Source of the DNA: a virus
Direction: 5' to 3' (one strand)
Length of the DNA: 64,000 nt
Virus record (IMG/VR): IMGVR_UViG_3300032897_000002
Coordinates: 1 to 64,000 of that record
In this document: positions 1 to 10,900 of the stretch, one piece after another
Position numbering within the stretch: the first letter of the stretch is position 1
Layout of the letters: every line of letters begins with the position of its first letter
Position numbers and translations under genes: made by a program
Notes under the pieces: model-generated
Seen by the model: only the letters and a program-made list of their open reading frames with translations
Told to the model about the DNA's origin: nothing
The model's database searches: none

Positions 1-3000
1 TGATTCGCAAGCTGTTTAGCGGCGCTTCAACGATTCCTTCTGGCGGAGGCGCGGCCTTGGACACCGGAGTCGCTGAAAACATCTGCTTCTGGCCCTGGAC
101 TTCTTCATTTCCTGCGAATAGAGGACTGCTACGCTCCATTTCACCTGCGGCTTTTGAAATAGACATTTCCGGGGGATTCTTGAGAGTTTGCGTTAAATTC
201 TCCCCGATTTGACGCTGCGCCGCTGCCTTCTGTTCTTCAACTGCACTTTCCATGCCCGGCAGATTCTCCACCATCGGCCCCACCTTCGACTTGGGAGTGA
301 GACGAGCGGGGGGAGGGGCGGCTGTTTCCTTCCCCTTTCCTTCCACTGGTGCAGTCTCGGCTGGCTTTAGGTCGGGGTAGTCGGCTAGGACTTCGGGAGG
401 GACGGTGGCCTCGCGCTGATAAGGTTCTGAAATTCCCGTCGCACCCTCTCGCGGAATCGGGTTTCCTTGGGCGTCCCTTTTGATGCTTCCAATTTTGCCC
501 TGGAGCGCAGATTCCACTTGGCTGTGATGTAGCTGATTGTTCGCCTCGCGGTCCGTGAATCCGTTCGATGATCGCCACTGATGGTATTCGTCCTGAGTCA
601 TTTCATAGGGGGCCTTGGCAGCCTCAGTAGGCGCGGGCTTCTCTTCCAAGCTGCCCTTTTGGGGTTGGGGAGAGGGCTCGGATACCCCTGCGGCTTTACC
701 CGTGGGCTCTACATTGATGTCCTCCGGTAGATTTGGTGCTTTCTCGGTGGGCAGGTACAAACCTTGCTTTATCAGCACGGCCTCAGGAACGCCATACTGC
801 TTTGCAACCTTCGCTGCAACTTGGCGCATTTCATCGTAACTGAGAGGCTCGATTCCCGCCCCTCTTGCGCCTTGACCCTCGCCCTTTTCAGCGGCAAATT
901 CGTCCATTGCGCCCGGAAGGGCTTTGATGGCCTCATCGAGTTTCTTCGGTTCCCCAGAGGGAGCGGGGAGGGCCGCCCCCTCTTTAGGCTCAGTCACCTG
1001 TGTGGCTGCGGGGGAAGGCTTGGCATTGTACTTGTTGTCCCTTACGAGGTCTGCGATATGAACCTGTTGCTCGGGGATGCGGTCGTAATCTCCGCCTGTG
1101 CTGGTGAGTCCGGTGTCGGCCACTTGGCGGATCGTCGCCATCTTGGTTGCCGGGTCAACACTCACGACTTGGAAGCCGCGATTTGTCTGGTCGCCCGTAA
1201 CTTTCCATCCCACGCCGTCTCCCGGCTTCCACTTGGCGGGGTTGGCGGCGATACGGGCCTTTAGCTGGTCGATTCTGATTTCTTGGGGCCGGGTCTTGAA
1301 ACGTAATCCCTCAAGGCGTTTCAATTCGGCACGCTCACCAGATTCGGGAGTTGCGGGGACGGGTTCGGGCTTTGCTTTGGCTTCTGAGACTTCGATCTTG
1401 AACGGCTCGCCGGGATTGTCCGTATTCATGTACTCTTCAAAGTGCTTCATTGCATCTGCAAGCGATTCCCCGCGTTTATACTGCATCCGGTAAGATTGTG
1501 TGCCCTCTGGGGTATGAGCGACAACTGAATAGGCTCCCGTTGTCGAGGTATCAGGGCGCAGACTTATGGGAATGCGATTCTCGCCACGAATCAAGGTGCC
1601 GATTCTTCCACTACTATTTTTACCGAGACGCTCGCCAATGGTTTCGCCCTTGGCTTCTTCGGGGGGAGTTGCTTCTTGCGGAGTTATGGCCGATTCTTCA
1701 CTTTTTTTTTGAGCCTCTCCTGCGAGGTCGGGATAGTCCGGGTGAGAGGAGATTTTGCCCTGGTTTATGGCGTTCTTGACGGCTATACGATGGGCTTCCT
1801 CAGTGCCTCCGAATTTTTGATATTCTGCCTTGGTTACAGTTTCGGGCTTCTCCCATGCTTTCAGGGCATCATTGAAAGCAAGTGCAGCAGCTTGCGGCGT
1901 ATCGAACTTTTCTGGAACGTCCGTTTGCGTAATCCATACGTCTTTCGCTGGATGTTGAACCTTGGCCGCTTCAACTGAGAGCTTCCAGCCATCACGATCA
2001 CGCTTCACGGTGGCGCGGGTGCTTCCCTTGTCGGATTCAATCAAATCAAATCTGTCGGGCGATTGCTGCGCTACAAAGTAACGCTCATCTAATCCGGGGA
2101 GTTCTCGCGCTTGATAGCCTTGAGCATTCGGCTTAAATTCACCCCACGGTTCTTTCACCCCCGCCTCAGCCTCTCGGGGAGCGGGAACCTCCGGTGCCTT
2201 CCCATAAGGCTTGGCCGGTTGCGCTGCGGCGGCTGCCTGTTCGACATCTGCCGAACCGATGCGCGAGTTTAGCCCTTCAATCTGCCTTGCCAGAGTCTTC
2301 GCTCGTGCTGGGTCGGTAGTGCCCTGAAGTTCTGTGTTGAGGGCGTCCCGCTTGTCCATGAGGTCTGCGGCGGTTTCGGGGGGTGGGGTCTCGACAGCAG
2401 GGGCCTGACGGATTGCCGGGGCAGCAATAGCAGCCTTCGGAGTTGGTTCGGTAGATTTTACCGGCGCTGGAGCTTCTGTCGCCACGGGAAGGGGCGGTGC
2501 TCCCGCGACTGGCTTTCTCCCCCCTACTGGACCCCTCTTAGGCGGTTTGGGTGCCTCTACGGGCCGCTCTGTGACGGCAGGGGCCACTTTAAGCGCAGGT
2601 GCGGCGGCAAGCTCAGGCGCGACGGGCGGTGGCGGTGCGGCGCCTTCTGGGGCACGCGGCACTGTGGGGCCGGGGCCTTGAGGCTTCGGGACGAGCGGTG
2701 GGGCGGCGGTGGGCGGTGGGGGCTCTTCAGACGGACGCGGGGCCACTTCCGCGACTCCCTGGATTGGTCGCCTGTCGATCACCCGGAAAGGCTGTTGGGT
2801 TCTGGCCTGTTCTTCCAGATCGCGTGCTCTTTCGACATCTCCAAGGAGATTTGCGGCTTGGGCACGTAACGCTGCCTGCTGGCGCATCTCGTCGGTGAAC
2901 GGAATGGCGGTTCCCCTGCCCAGAATGAACGGCGCTGGCTCGGCTGGACGCTTTGGGGCCTCCCGGCCAAGATTGGCAAGTTCCTGTACGGTCGGGATAT

Positions 3001-4969
3001 GCTCTTCCGGTACCGGCATCTCAAAGGATGGCACTGTGGGACGCTTCAGAGGCTCAACGGCGGGCATTCCAGCCCGGATTGCGGCGGTGCGCTCGCGGGC
3101 TCCCTGCCGGCCTTCCTCATCGGCCCAACGCTCTCGGAAGTTGGGGCCTAGCAGGTCGGTGAGGGTCTGGCGCGGTGCGGGCTCAGGGGGAATAGGCGGA
3201 GTCAATTCCGGCGCTGGCGGCGGAGGTGGGGGCGGCGGGGCGGTTGGATAAGGTTCTGGCTTCAAACCTGCCCTGCCAAGTTTGGTCAATCCCGTCTTAA
3301 ATCTTCCGGCCTCGGTTCCCTCGAAAGCCTTGGCTATTTGGCTCGAAATTCCCATAGCCATTCCGCGTGGGCTTGTGAAGAGGTAGAGCCGCGCCCAAGG
3401 GGGAAGTTTTTCAAGGTCTCCCCTCGCATCCCTCAGTGCTTCCTGCGCCCCGCGCTCAAGAGTTCTATTTTTGAACTCTTCTAGGGCACCCCATTGGCGG
3501 TTCCATTCTTTTACGCCTTGTTCTCCTGCATCAACAAGAGTTTGGTCAACAACATCCCTGGCGGCTTTTACGAATGCCTGCCTGACTCGCACGCCAAGCG
3601 GTCCGTATGCTTCCATTGAACCCTGCGGGCCGCGTTTATTGAGATCGGCGTTTATCTCCCTAATTCGGTCATCCAAATCTTTCAGATTTTGTGGCCGCTT
3701 GGCTTGGTCAAGCCATTTTTGGGCTTCGGCTGCCTCACGCGGATTATTCTCAGCCGCCACTGTGGGGACTGGGTTGCCGTCTGCTCCCGGCCTCGTCAGA
3801 ATATCCTGCGCTTCTGTAGCAAGTCGTGTATGGTCAACGGGGTGATTGGGATTTCTCTCCATTACCCGTTCTATCGGCTGCTCATGTGCCCTATTCCATA
3901 TTTCCGATTGCCGCCTATCAACAGTATCCGCAAATTGGTTGAATACATCCGGTCCCTTCCCAGATGGAGGTGCTTGCCTCGCTAATTCAGAAAGCTGATT
4001 TGTTGCATCTGCAAGCGCACTATCCATCGAAGCAGCACGCACGCCAGCCTTGCCGGGGGGGACAGCGAGAGATTGCTTGATTAACTTCAACCCCGGCTCA
4101 GGGCCGTTATAGCCCATGTTGGTTCTAATTTTTTCAATTCCGACTTTGGGTGCTTCTGCGGCTCCTTTGAACCCGTAATACTCCAACCCAAACTCCGGGG
4201 CCGCGCCAATGTGCCCCTTCTCGGCTTCGCTGACGGCCCCACCAACCCACGGGCCGACAACCGGAACGACTTCTCCGGCACGGTGAACAAGCCCCGCCCC
4301 CAATTCCGCCAGCCTCGTCCCCACGCTCAATCGAGGGTCAAGCGATTTTTCAAACGATTCGCGTGCGGCTTCGTGTTCCTTCACGGCAGGGTCCCACAAC
4401 ATGCGCTTGGCAGCGAGTAATCCCTCGCTTCCGACTCCGGCGGTTGCGGCAAGATTTGCTTCTTCGGGAGTTTGGGGAGGAGTAAAAGCGGTCTTGGCCA
4501 TCGAAACCGGCATGGTCACGATGTTCTTTGCCGCCCTGCCGGGAGCCGCAATCATCTCCCGCCCAACGGCGTGTCCAAGCGATTCTCCGGGCGCTACGGC
4601 ACCTGTCGGGCCTTCATAGAAGCCCGAGAAGAGGCCGGGGACTTCCTGCTTTCCTGCGGAGCCGGGAACTTCGACGGTGGGTTGCTTCGTGAGACCGCGT
4701 ACCTGAAAACCGTTCTTCTGGGCCTCTCCCATCTGATGGAATGGCGTATAGCCTTTTTCGCCATCGGGCGAAACCACCGGAACGGCGGGCTGAAACCTTC
4801 CATGCTGTTGCTGGAACTCCGGCTTTTGCATCTGCTCCCAGTCGGAGCGCGAAACGACACCTTTTTGACCGTCAGGGCTGTAGACGTGAACCGTGTCACC
4901 AGCAATCCACGGACCTTCGGTTGGAAACGTCTGTTCGGGTGCTTCGAGTTGTGCGGTGCCGTTGGCCAT
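1..4969 (-). CDS. Very large Pro/Ala/Glu-rich virion (ejection/internal core-type) protein, truncated by the window edge (>1650 aa)
   Basis: Absent from the ORF track because no stop lies in the window. ATG at 4969 (MANGTAQLEAPEQTFPT...) follows the upstream stop directly. The frame was spot-checked open, including at the left edge (...EGIVEAPLNSLRI). It lies after two ejection-type genes. Confidence 0.75.
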   Translation of the reverse strand, partial: MANGTAQLEAPEQTFPTEGPWIAGDTVHVYSPDGQKGVVSRSDWEQMQKPEFQQQHGRFQPAVPVVSPDGEKGYTPFHQMGEAQKNGFQVRGLTKQPTVEVPGSAGKQEVPGLFSGFYEGPTGAVAPGESLGHAVGREMIAAPGRAAKNIVTMPVSMAKTAFTPPQTPEEANLAATAGVGSEGLLAAKRMLWDPAVKEHEAARESFEKSLDPRLSVGTRLAELGAGLVHRAGEVVPVVGPWVGGAVSEAEKGHIGAAPEFGLEYYGFKGAAEAPKVGIEKIRTNMGYNGPEPGLKLIKQSLAVPPGKAGVRAASMDSALADATNQLSELARQAPPSGKGPDVFNQFADTVDRRQSEIWNRAHEQPIERVMERNPNHPVDHTRLATEAQDILTRPGADGNPVPTVAAENNPREAAEAQKWLDQAKRPQNLKDLDDRIREINADLNKRGPQGSMEAYGPLGVRVRQAFVKAARDVVDQTLVDAGEQGVKEWNRQWGALEEFKNRTLERGAQEALRDARGDLEKLPPWARLYLFTSPRGMAMGISSQIAKAFEGTEAGRFKTGLTKLGRAGLKPEPYPTAPPPPPPPPAPELTPPIPPEPAPRQTLTDLLGPNFRERWADEEGRQGARERTAAIRAGMPAVEPLKRPTVPSFEMPVPEEHIPTVQELANLGREAPKRPAEPAPFILGRGTAIPFTDEMRQQAALRAQAANLLGDVERARDLEEQARTQQPFRVIDRRPIQGVAEVAPRPSEEPPPPTAAPPLVPKPQGPGPTVPRAPEGAAPPPPVAPELAAAPALKVAPAVTERPVEAPKPPKRGPVGGRKPVAGAPPLPVATEAPAPVKSTEPTPKAAIAAPAIRQAPAVETPPPETAADLMDKRDALNTELQGTTDPARAKTLARQIEGLNSRIGSADVEQAAAAAQPAKPYGKAPEVPAPREAEAGVKEPWGEFKPNAQGYQARELPGLDERYFVAQQSPDRFDLIESDKGSTRATVKRDRDGWKLSVEAAKVQHPAKDVWITQTDVPEKFDTPQAAALAFNDALKAWEKPETVTKAEYQKFGGTEEAHRIAVKNAINQGKISSHPDYPDLAGEAQKKSEESAITPQEATPPEEAKGETIGERLGKNSSGRIGTLIRGENRIPISLRPDTSTTGAYSVVAHTPEGTQSYRMQYKRGESLADAMKHFEEYMNTDNPGEPFKIEVSEAKAKPEPVPATPESGERAELKRLEGLRFKTRPQEIRIDQLKARIAANPAKWKPGDGVGWKVTGDQTNRGFQVVSVDPATKMATIRQVADTGLTSTGGDYDRIPEQQVHIADLVRDNKYNAKPSPAATQVTEPKEGAALPAPSGEPKKLDEAIKALPGAMDEFAAEKGEGQGARGAGIEPLSYDEMRQVAAKVAKQYGVPEAVLIKQGLYLPTEKAPNLPEDINVEPTGKAAGVSEPSPQPQKGSLEEKPAPTEAAKAPYEMTQDEYHQWRSSNGFTDREANNQLHHSQVESALQGKIGSIKRDAQGNPIPREGATGISEPYQREATVPPEVLADYPDLKPAETAPVEGKGKETAAPPPARLTPKSKVGPMVENLPGMESAVEEQKAAAQRQIGENLTQTLKNPPEMSISKAAGEMERSSPLFAGNEEVQGQKQMFSATPVSKAAPPPEGIVEAPLNSLRI

Positions 4970-4970
4970 G

Positions 4971-6752
4971 TCACTCGCCGGGGGTGAAAGTCACGTTGCC
5001 ATACTTTTTCGGTGCGGCGGGGGTTTTGGGACCAGCACTTCCTGCGGTGCCTTCCGCCTTTGCAATTCCCTCGCGCACATCCTGCGGAATCTCGCCTGAG
5101 ATATCGAGTCCGTTCTGGGCCGCTGTGTGGGCAGCCTGCTGCCATTCACGCACTCTCCGGTCCTGGCCCAGGTCAACCATCTGCTTGATCTGGTCGGGCG
5201 TGAGGGTGATTCCCGAGAGCGGCCCCGTAATGACACGCTCGCCCGTCTGCGGGTCAACCTTCGTGAACCTCGACAGCACGCGGTCAATCCAGGGCGCAGA
5301 AGCCGTTGCCTCATCCCACATGGCCTGATTGATGCGCGAACCTTTCTGGAGTCCTTGCGTCATGCCCATATGGTTCGCAAGAATGTTAATCATGGCCTGC
5401 TGATTTCCGGCAAGTGCGGGCTTCTCGTTGTCGATCATCACGCCATAGCGCGTATCGGCTCCCCGTGCCGTGTCCATGATTTTGTTGATTTCTCCCTCGA
5501 CCGCGTGCGGGATGGCGACGGGGCCTCCGCCCGCGACGTTGGCCACAGTGATATTTCCGGTGCGCCGATCAAACTTCCCCGGCTGGAGCTTTCCGCCGAC
5601 ATTGACCTCAGTCGGTTCATAGAGTCCCGTCTCAGCGAATGACGGAGGCGGCTGGAAGCCCGGAATTGGCTGTCCTGTATTCGGGTCAAGCCATCCCTTT
5701 CCTTGAACGTATTGGCCCCAAGCTGGCTTCCCACCTACCATGCCCGCAGTTGGCTTGGGCTCATTCGGTTCTTTCTGATACGGCTTTGCGCCAGCGATTT
5801 CATTTCCGTTCAGATCAAAGTATTTCCCTTTAGCGCGATCATAATTGGCCAGCATCGGCTTGCCGTCCGGCCCGACAATCTCGCTGCGCTCAAATGCCTC
5901 GGGGGTAGTGCCGGGAACTGTGGTAAATTTTCCGGTTGTCGGGTCGTAAATCGACTCTCCCGGTTTCACCGTCATTGGCTTCTCAACGGAGGTAGGGCTG
6001 AGCGCGGATTCAACCGCCTTTTCCGCATCCAGTTGGCTTGCGTTAGGATGCGCGGCCATGTAATCGGCTATATCCTTCGCCCGCCGTCCAAGGGCATCCG
6101 ATTCAAGCCCTCTTTGACGGGTAACCGCCTGTTCCTCGCCGGTCTGCGCCCCAATCTGTCCAATACGCGCTTCCCCTTCCCGCTTTGCGATGTCGGCTTC
6201 ATCCCGGCGTTTCTGTGCGTTTTCCTCCATCCGTTGATGCTGTGGGGTGCCGGGTATCCAAGGCATCACAGCGGGCAGCAACATGCTCCCGGCCGCTACT
6301 CCAACGTCCTTGCCAACTTCCCCGACGATGTGGCCGAAACGGTCAAGGCGTGAACGGGGAGCCGCTACGGGGCCTCCGGCTGCTTGGCCTTCCGAACGGT
6401 CTTGCGGCGACATCATGCCCATTGAGGGGGTAAGGGGCGCTGGCCCGGACTTGGGCAACTCGACACTCGGAAGCACGCTTGAGACGGGCCGTCTGCCAAC
6501 CTGTTGCTGGACTGTTGGGAAAACCGCATTCGTGAGGCTGGCTCCGGGGGCCATGAAGGGCGTTGACCTGTCGGGCACTCCAACTCGCGGGGCAGTGGAA
6601 ACGGACGGGATTCCGATGGGAGCGGGCATCCTCAGGCTTGAAATCTCCGGGGCCGCAGTAGATGGCGGTGGCTGTTGCTCCTCCTCGGGATTGCTGATGC
6701 CGAGAAGATCGTAGAGCGTCATTTCTTTCGTGGGTCCCCGCGTTTCTGCCAT
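4971..6752 (-). CDS. Putative DNA ejection/internal virion protein (593 aa)
   Basis: Low-complexity N-terminus, coiled coil and short G-K-P/D-P-x-T-G beta-hairpin repeats; located downstream of the tail nozzle as in podoviruses. Confidence 0.6.
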   Translation of the reverse strand: MAETRGPTKEMTLYDLLGISNPEEEQQPPPSTAAPEISSLRMPAPIGIPSVSTAPRVGVPDRSTPFMAPGASLTNAVFPTVQQQVGRRPVSSVLPSVELPKSGPAPLTPSMGMMSPQDRSEGQAAGGPVAAPRSRLDRFGHIVGEVGKDVGVAAGSMLLPAVMPWIPGTPQHQRMEENAQKRRDEADIAKREGEARIGQIGAQTGEEQAVTRQRGLESDALGRRAKDIADYMAAHPNASQLDAEKAVESALSPTSVEKPMTVKPGESIYDPTTGKFTTVPGTTPEAFERSEIVGPDGKPMLANYDRAKGKYFDLNGNEIAGAKPYQKEPNEPKPTAGMVGGKPAWGQYVQGKGWLDPNTGQPIPGFQPPPSFAETGLYEPTEVNVGGKLQPGKFDRRTGNITVANVAGGGPVAIPHAVEGEINKIMDTARGADTRYGVMIDNEKPALAGNQQAMINILANHMGMTQGLQKGSRINQAMWDEATASAPWIDRVLSRFTKVDPQTGERVITGPLSGITLTPDQIKQMVDLGQDRRVREWQQAAHTAAQNGLDISGEIPQDVREGIAKAEGTAGSAGPKTPAAPKKYGNVTFTPGE

Positions 6753-6762
6753 CGTATCACCC

Positions 6763-7353
6763 TCAGAGCGCCGCTGCCTTGGCTACGTCGCCAAGTGCCT
6801 GCCCGCCCAGATTGAACCAGTTGCTCAGGCCGCTCATCCACGGGGCCGGGGCCGACTGCGCTTTCAGCATGGCTTCGAGTGCGCCGGGGGCCTCGCTCAT
6901 AGCTTTCAGGCCCGCGTTGATGTCGCTCGTCCCAATTTCGCCGGTCTGACGGAGCGCGGCTTCCTGCTGTTTGGCCTTGAGCATTTCGTTCTGCGCGAGG
7001 ATGTCCTGAAGCGTTCCACCGGCTGCCCGCGCACCTTCGCCCGCAATCGCTACGCCGGTTGCGTTGAGAGAGGCAGGATTATTGCTGCGCAGCGCCCGCA
7101 GTCGGGCTTCTTCAGCGCTCGCCCCGGTCTTGGCAGCCACGCCCGAAAGCGCTTGATTCTGCATGGTGGCGAGTCCGGTCGGCCCGAAGCCGGGAGCACC
7201 GCCGGTCGCTTGGCGCTGCAAGGTGGGCAAAATACCAGACAGAATTCCTTGCCCTGCCGGGGTGAGGCCCTCCGCTCCCATAACGGCGTTCAGATTGCCC
7301 TGCGCTGACTGCACAGCAGCGGGATTACCAAGAATGCTCGTTAGCCATGACAT
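6763..7353 (-). CDS. Putative small ejection protein (Gly/Ala/Gln-rich, 196 aa)
   Basis: Composition and synteny typical of the first podovirus ejection protein. Confidence 0.55.
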   Translation of the reverse strand: MSWLTSILGNPAAVQSAQGNLNAVMGAEGLTPAGQGILSGILPTLQRQATGGAPGFGPTGLATMQNQALSGVAAKTGASAEEARLRALRSNNPASLNATGVAIAGEGARAAGGTLQDILAQNEMLKAKQQEAALRQTGEIGTSDINAGLKAMSEAPGALEAMLKAQSAPAPWMSGLSNWFNLGGQALGDVAKAAAL

Positions 7354-7413
7354 AAAAATCTCCTACTAACCCGCGATTATCGCACAAACTGACTGGCATG
7401 AAGAAAATATGTT

Positions 7414-7962
7414 TTAGCGCGTTATGACTGGTCTCTCCATCAAGGCCCGCTTTCTGACAAGCTCCTTTTTAATTTGATGGTTCCAACAAAGTGTCTGGAA
7501 TCCCTTCGGGAAACCCTCTTTGACTAGTAGCCGATAAATATCTCCTCCGCCCTTTCCCTTTGTCTTTTTTCGATGCTCATGGCCATCATTATTGATATGG
7601 TCCAAGCTCAACATATCCAAATCGTCGATGGGGCATCCTGGCCAAGAACATTTCAGGATTCCAAAAGGGCCATAGTGCGTAAGCACTTCAGTCTTTAATC
7701 CGACCGTTCTTTTGTTATTTACCCTCCGGTGCTGTTCTCTGTGGGCATCCTGATAATCCTTTGTCCTTTTCAATTCCCTTTCTCTATTTTCCCAATATCG
7801 TTTTTGCTGTTGGGCTTTAACTCTGTCAGGATGACGCATTCTATACAATTGAGTGTTTCGACGAGCGTATTCTTTGGTTTCGCTGTACGCTTGTCTTCTT
7901 TGCTCTTCTCCTTTGGGCATAAAGTTCGCTGCATCAGGGAACAGAAATCCGGTCATTATCAC
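7414..7962 (-). CDS. Free-standing HNH-type homing endonuclease
   Basis: C-x4-C...LSLDHINNDG...FQTLCWNHQ motif, basic helical N-terminus, more AT-rich than its neighbours. Confidence 0.8.
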   Translation of the reverse strand: MIMTGFLFPDAANFMPKGEEQRRQAYSETKEYARRNTQLYRMRHPDRVKAQQQKRYWENRERELKRTKDYQDAHREQHRRVNNKRTVGLKTEVLTHYGPFGILKCSWPGCPIDDLDMLSLDHINNDGHEHRKKTKGKGGGDIYRLLVKEGFPKGFQTLCWNHQIKKELVRKRALMERPVITR

Positions 7963-10900
7963 ACTCCGCTAATTGGCAACCAAGGATCACGACAGACAAA
8001 AATGACGAGTCTTTCCAACTGGAACCAGCTACCCACGTTTCCGTCCACCGTGAACTCGATGAACATCGCGTTGCCGTTCTGGGCAATAGGGAAATTAGTA
8101 TCATCAAGCGCCGGGTTGTAGAGGTTGAAGGCCGCTTGGGTCGCCATGTACGGCGTTGCCAAAGTCTCCGGGTAGAAGTTCACATTCCACTGCCCCGAGC
8201 CTTCAATCTTCGCGAGGCCGTACTGATAGAGTTTCCGCACATCGCCTAATTGCAAAGTTTCATTGGTGATCTTATCCGAAAATCCATTGGTACAGTACGT
8301 CTCGGGAATTGCCGCGCCGTTGTCGGTAGTGTTGGTGGGATCGAGTTCGTATATCTCGCCGTTGAAGTTGCCGCCGAACCAGAATTGGGTGCTGCCGTCC
8401 GGTCGCGGAATGAAGTTCCCCAACGGTGAGGGAATCGTCCACAACGTCCATTTGCGATGGCCCTCTTTGAAGATGAGGTGGCCCGCAAATGCCGACACGA
8501 CAATGCTTGGCCCCTCCGCAATCTGGAGACCCGTGTCGAGTCCCAGGTAGGAGCACATCAGGATGACGTTGGGGCTGGTCGGGGTGGCGTTGACAGGCGC
8601 ATTCGGGAGCCACTGATTCGGGGTGGGCAGCGGGATTCCCACCATGATGCGCTTGTTGGTGATGTCGTTGCGGAGCCAGATCGTGTTGAGCGCGGGCTTG
8701 TAGATGGCGTTCCAGATGGACTGCACTTCCTGGCTGATCTTGATGTGATTGCCGCCGTCGAACAGGAACACTCCCAATCCGCACGCATCGAGGCTGTATT
8801 CTTCACCGAGATCGCTCGCCAGCGGTCCGCACTCCCCGATGGTATTGGAAACCTCTCTGATCTCCCAGCTTGACGGCTCGCCGCTCTGGTTTGCGGCGGC
8901 GATGGCGAAAGTCTTGGTGGCCGTCTTGATGTAGAGCGTTTCGAGAAACACAAAGATGTCGGTCTGTGGTTCCGCAGTGAAGTTGGAGGTGTCGATGACC
9001 CCCGTAATCGAGTCCACCGCCTCATAGGACTCCGCGTAGCTGACCGCGCATTGCTGCGCGTAAACGGGTTGCGTAGTGGGATAGATTTCGATGCGGTCCA
9101 CAAGCACGTCGGTTACAACGGCCATGTTGAGCGGATACACGCGGAGTTGGAGGTCAGATGGGACGGGTAACCATTGCGGATTGGAGAAGGTGGCCGTAAA
9201 CTCCTTCACCGACGTGCTCATGGACGCGAACGGAATTGTGAAAGGCCAGTTGGCATCGAGCGAGGGAGAATAGAGTTCCACCACCAGACTGCCGCTCGTC
9301 TTCCCCGATGGGATTGAGGCCGTGACCCTGACGCTGTAGGCCGTATTGCTCTGGATGATGGCCTCTGAGTAGGCATCCAGCGCCGCGCCCTGCGAGAGCA
9401 CCAGCATATTAGGGAGAGTGGTTCCGGTGGGGTTGATGGTGACCCCGGTCGGGCCGTAAGAGCACAGAATCGTTGTCCAGACGGGGTTGAGAACGGGAGT
9501 CCAGGGCGTTGCGGTAAGGGTGATGGCGGAGGTGGGAAGGCTCGCCCCGGAGCCCGTTACCGTATAGACATTCGCGTTGAAAGAGTAAGTGCTTTCAATC
9601 TGGTCCACGTAATAAATTGTCGGACTCAGTTTAACCGTTTCGGCATAGGTGCCGTTGTCGATGATAAAATTCGCCAGAACGATGCTGGTTCCGGTGGGGG
9701 TAATGACGTTGGTCGTGATGCTCCCCGAAGTGATTTCACCGCTGGCCGCAGTGACGACTGGCGTACCGGGCAATTCGTACATCGCCAGCGTTGAAAACCC
9801 GGTTTGCGTGCCACCGAGGCTCAGTGTCCAGCTTGCGGAGTCGCCTGCCTGCACGGTGCGGGTGTAGATGGCGCTGTTCCAGTAGGCGCCCGTCTTATTG
9901 GTCTGGGTGATGAGCCCGGTCTGGGAAGGATACCCTCCTACCTGATTATGACCCGTCAAAAGAAATACGATGGTGTTCCCAGGCGTCGGAGATACCCCGA
10001 AGGCAGCGGTGATGGTGGATGCGGCTGTGGCCGAATACGAAACCGCCTGGACGATTTTGGGAGTCGCGATGTTCTTGATGTAGAGCGAAGTATTCACAAT
10101 GGGCGACGGCACTACCGAAATGTCGTAGGCGAGTTTGGGACTGACGGTCCATCCGGCAGGGAGACCCGACACCGTTCCGCCGTCGAACGTGACGTTGACG
10201 AAGTTATCCGTCTTGACCCGCTCTCCGATGTAGAAGCCGCGCCCGAAATAATTCACACACTTGGCGAACTCCCCGATTTCACGCTGCTGTTGCGTATTAT
10301 TGCCGGCCTCGGTGACGTTTATCGAGTCCAGCAGTACCGGATCGGAGATGTTGATGGGACCGAGGAAGGTCGAGACGTTATCGTTGATGATGGTGGCGTC
10401 GTAGGTGATCGCGGCTCCGAGGGTCGCTTGCGTCCCTGGCACCGTTACGGGTGTGGGCACCCAGAAGTAGGGGCCGGCGATTCCAGCATTAGCTGCATTG
10501 ATCGCGATGATGCGTGCGATGACGTTAGGCGGCCCGATAGGAATATTTTGGAACGTCAGTTGGGTTGACTGGCCTGTCGTATAGAAGCTCACCGGAGGAG
10601 ACGCGGGGGTGATGTTGCCGCTGCGGCTCAGGAACATGCAGATCGCATATCGCTGTCCTGCGGCCACGTTTCCGGTGGCGGGGGGCACTACTAAGCCTCC
10701 TGCGGAAGCGTTTCCATAGATGGGATCGGTTCCGGGGGAGCCGGTATTAAGGGTTTTCTGTGCGGGGTCGATGACGATGACGTTGGCAGAGCCCGATATG
10801 GCGTTTCCGGCTTCTCCTGCCGCCGCAAAGTTTGGGGAGGGGATGGTAGTCGTGAACGTGGTCGATGTTGCCGAAGTAATGGTGGCGTTGGCGACATTAA

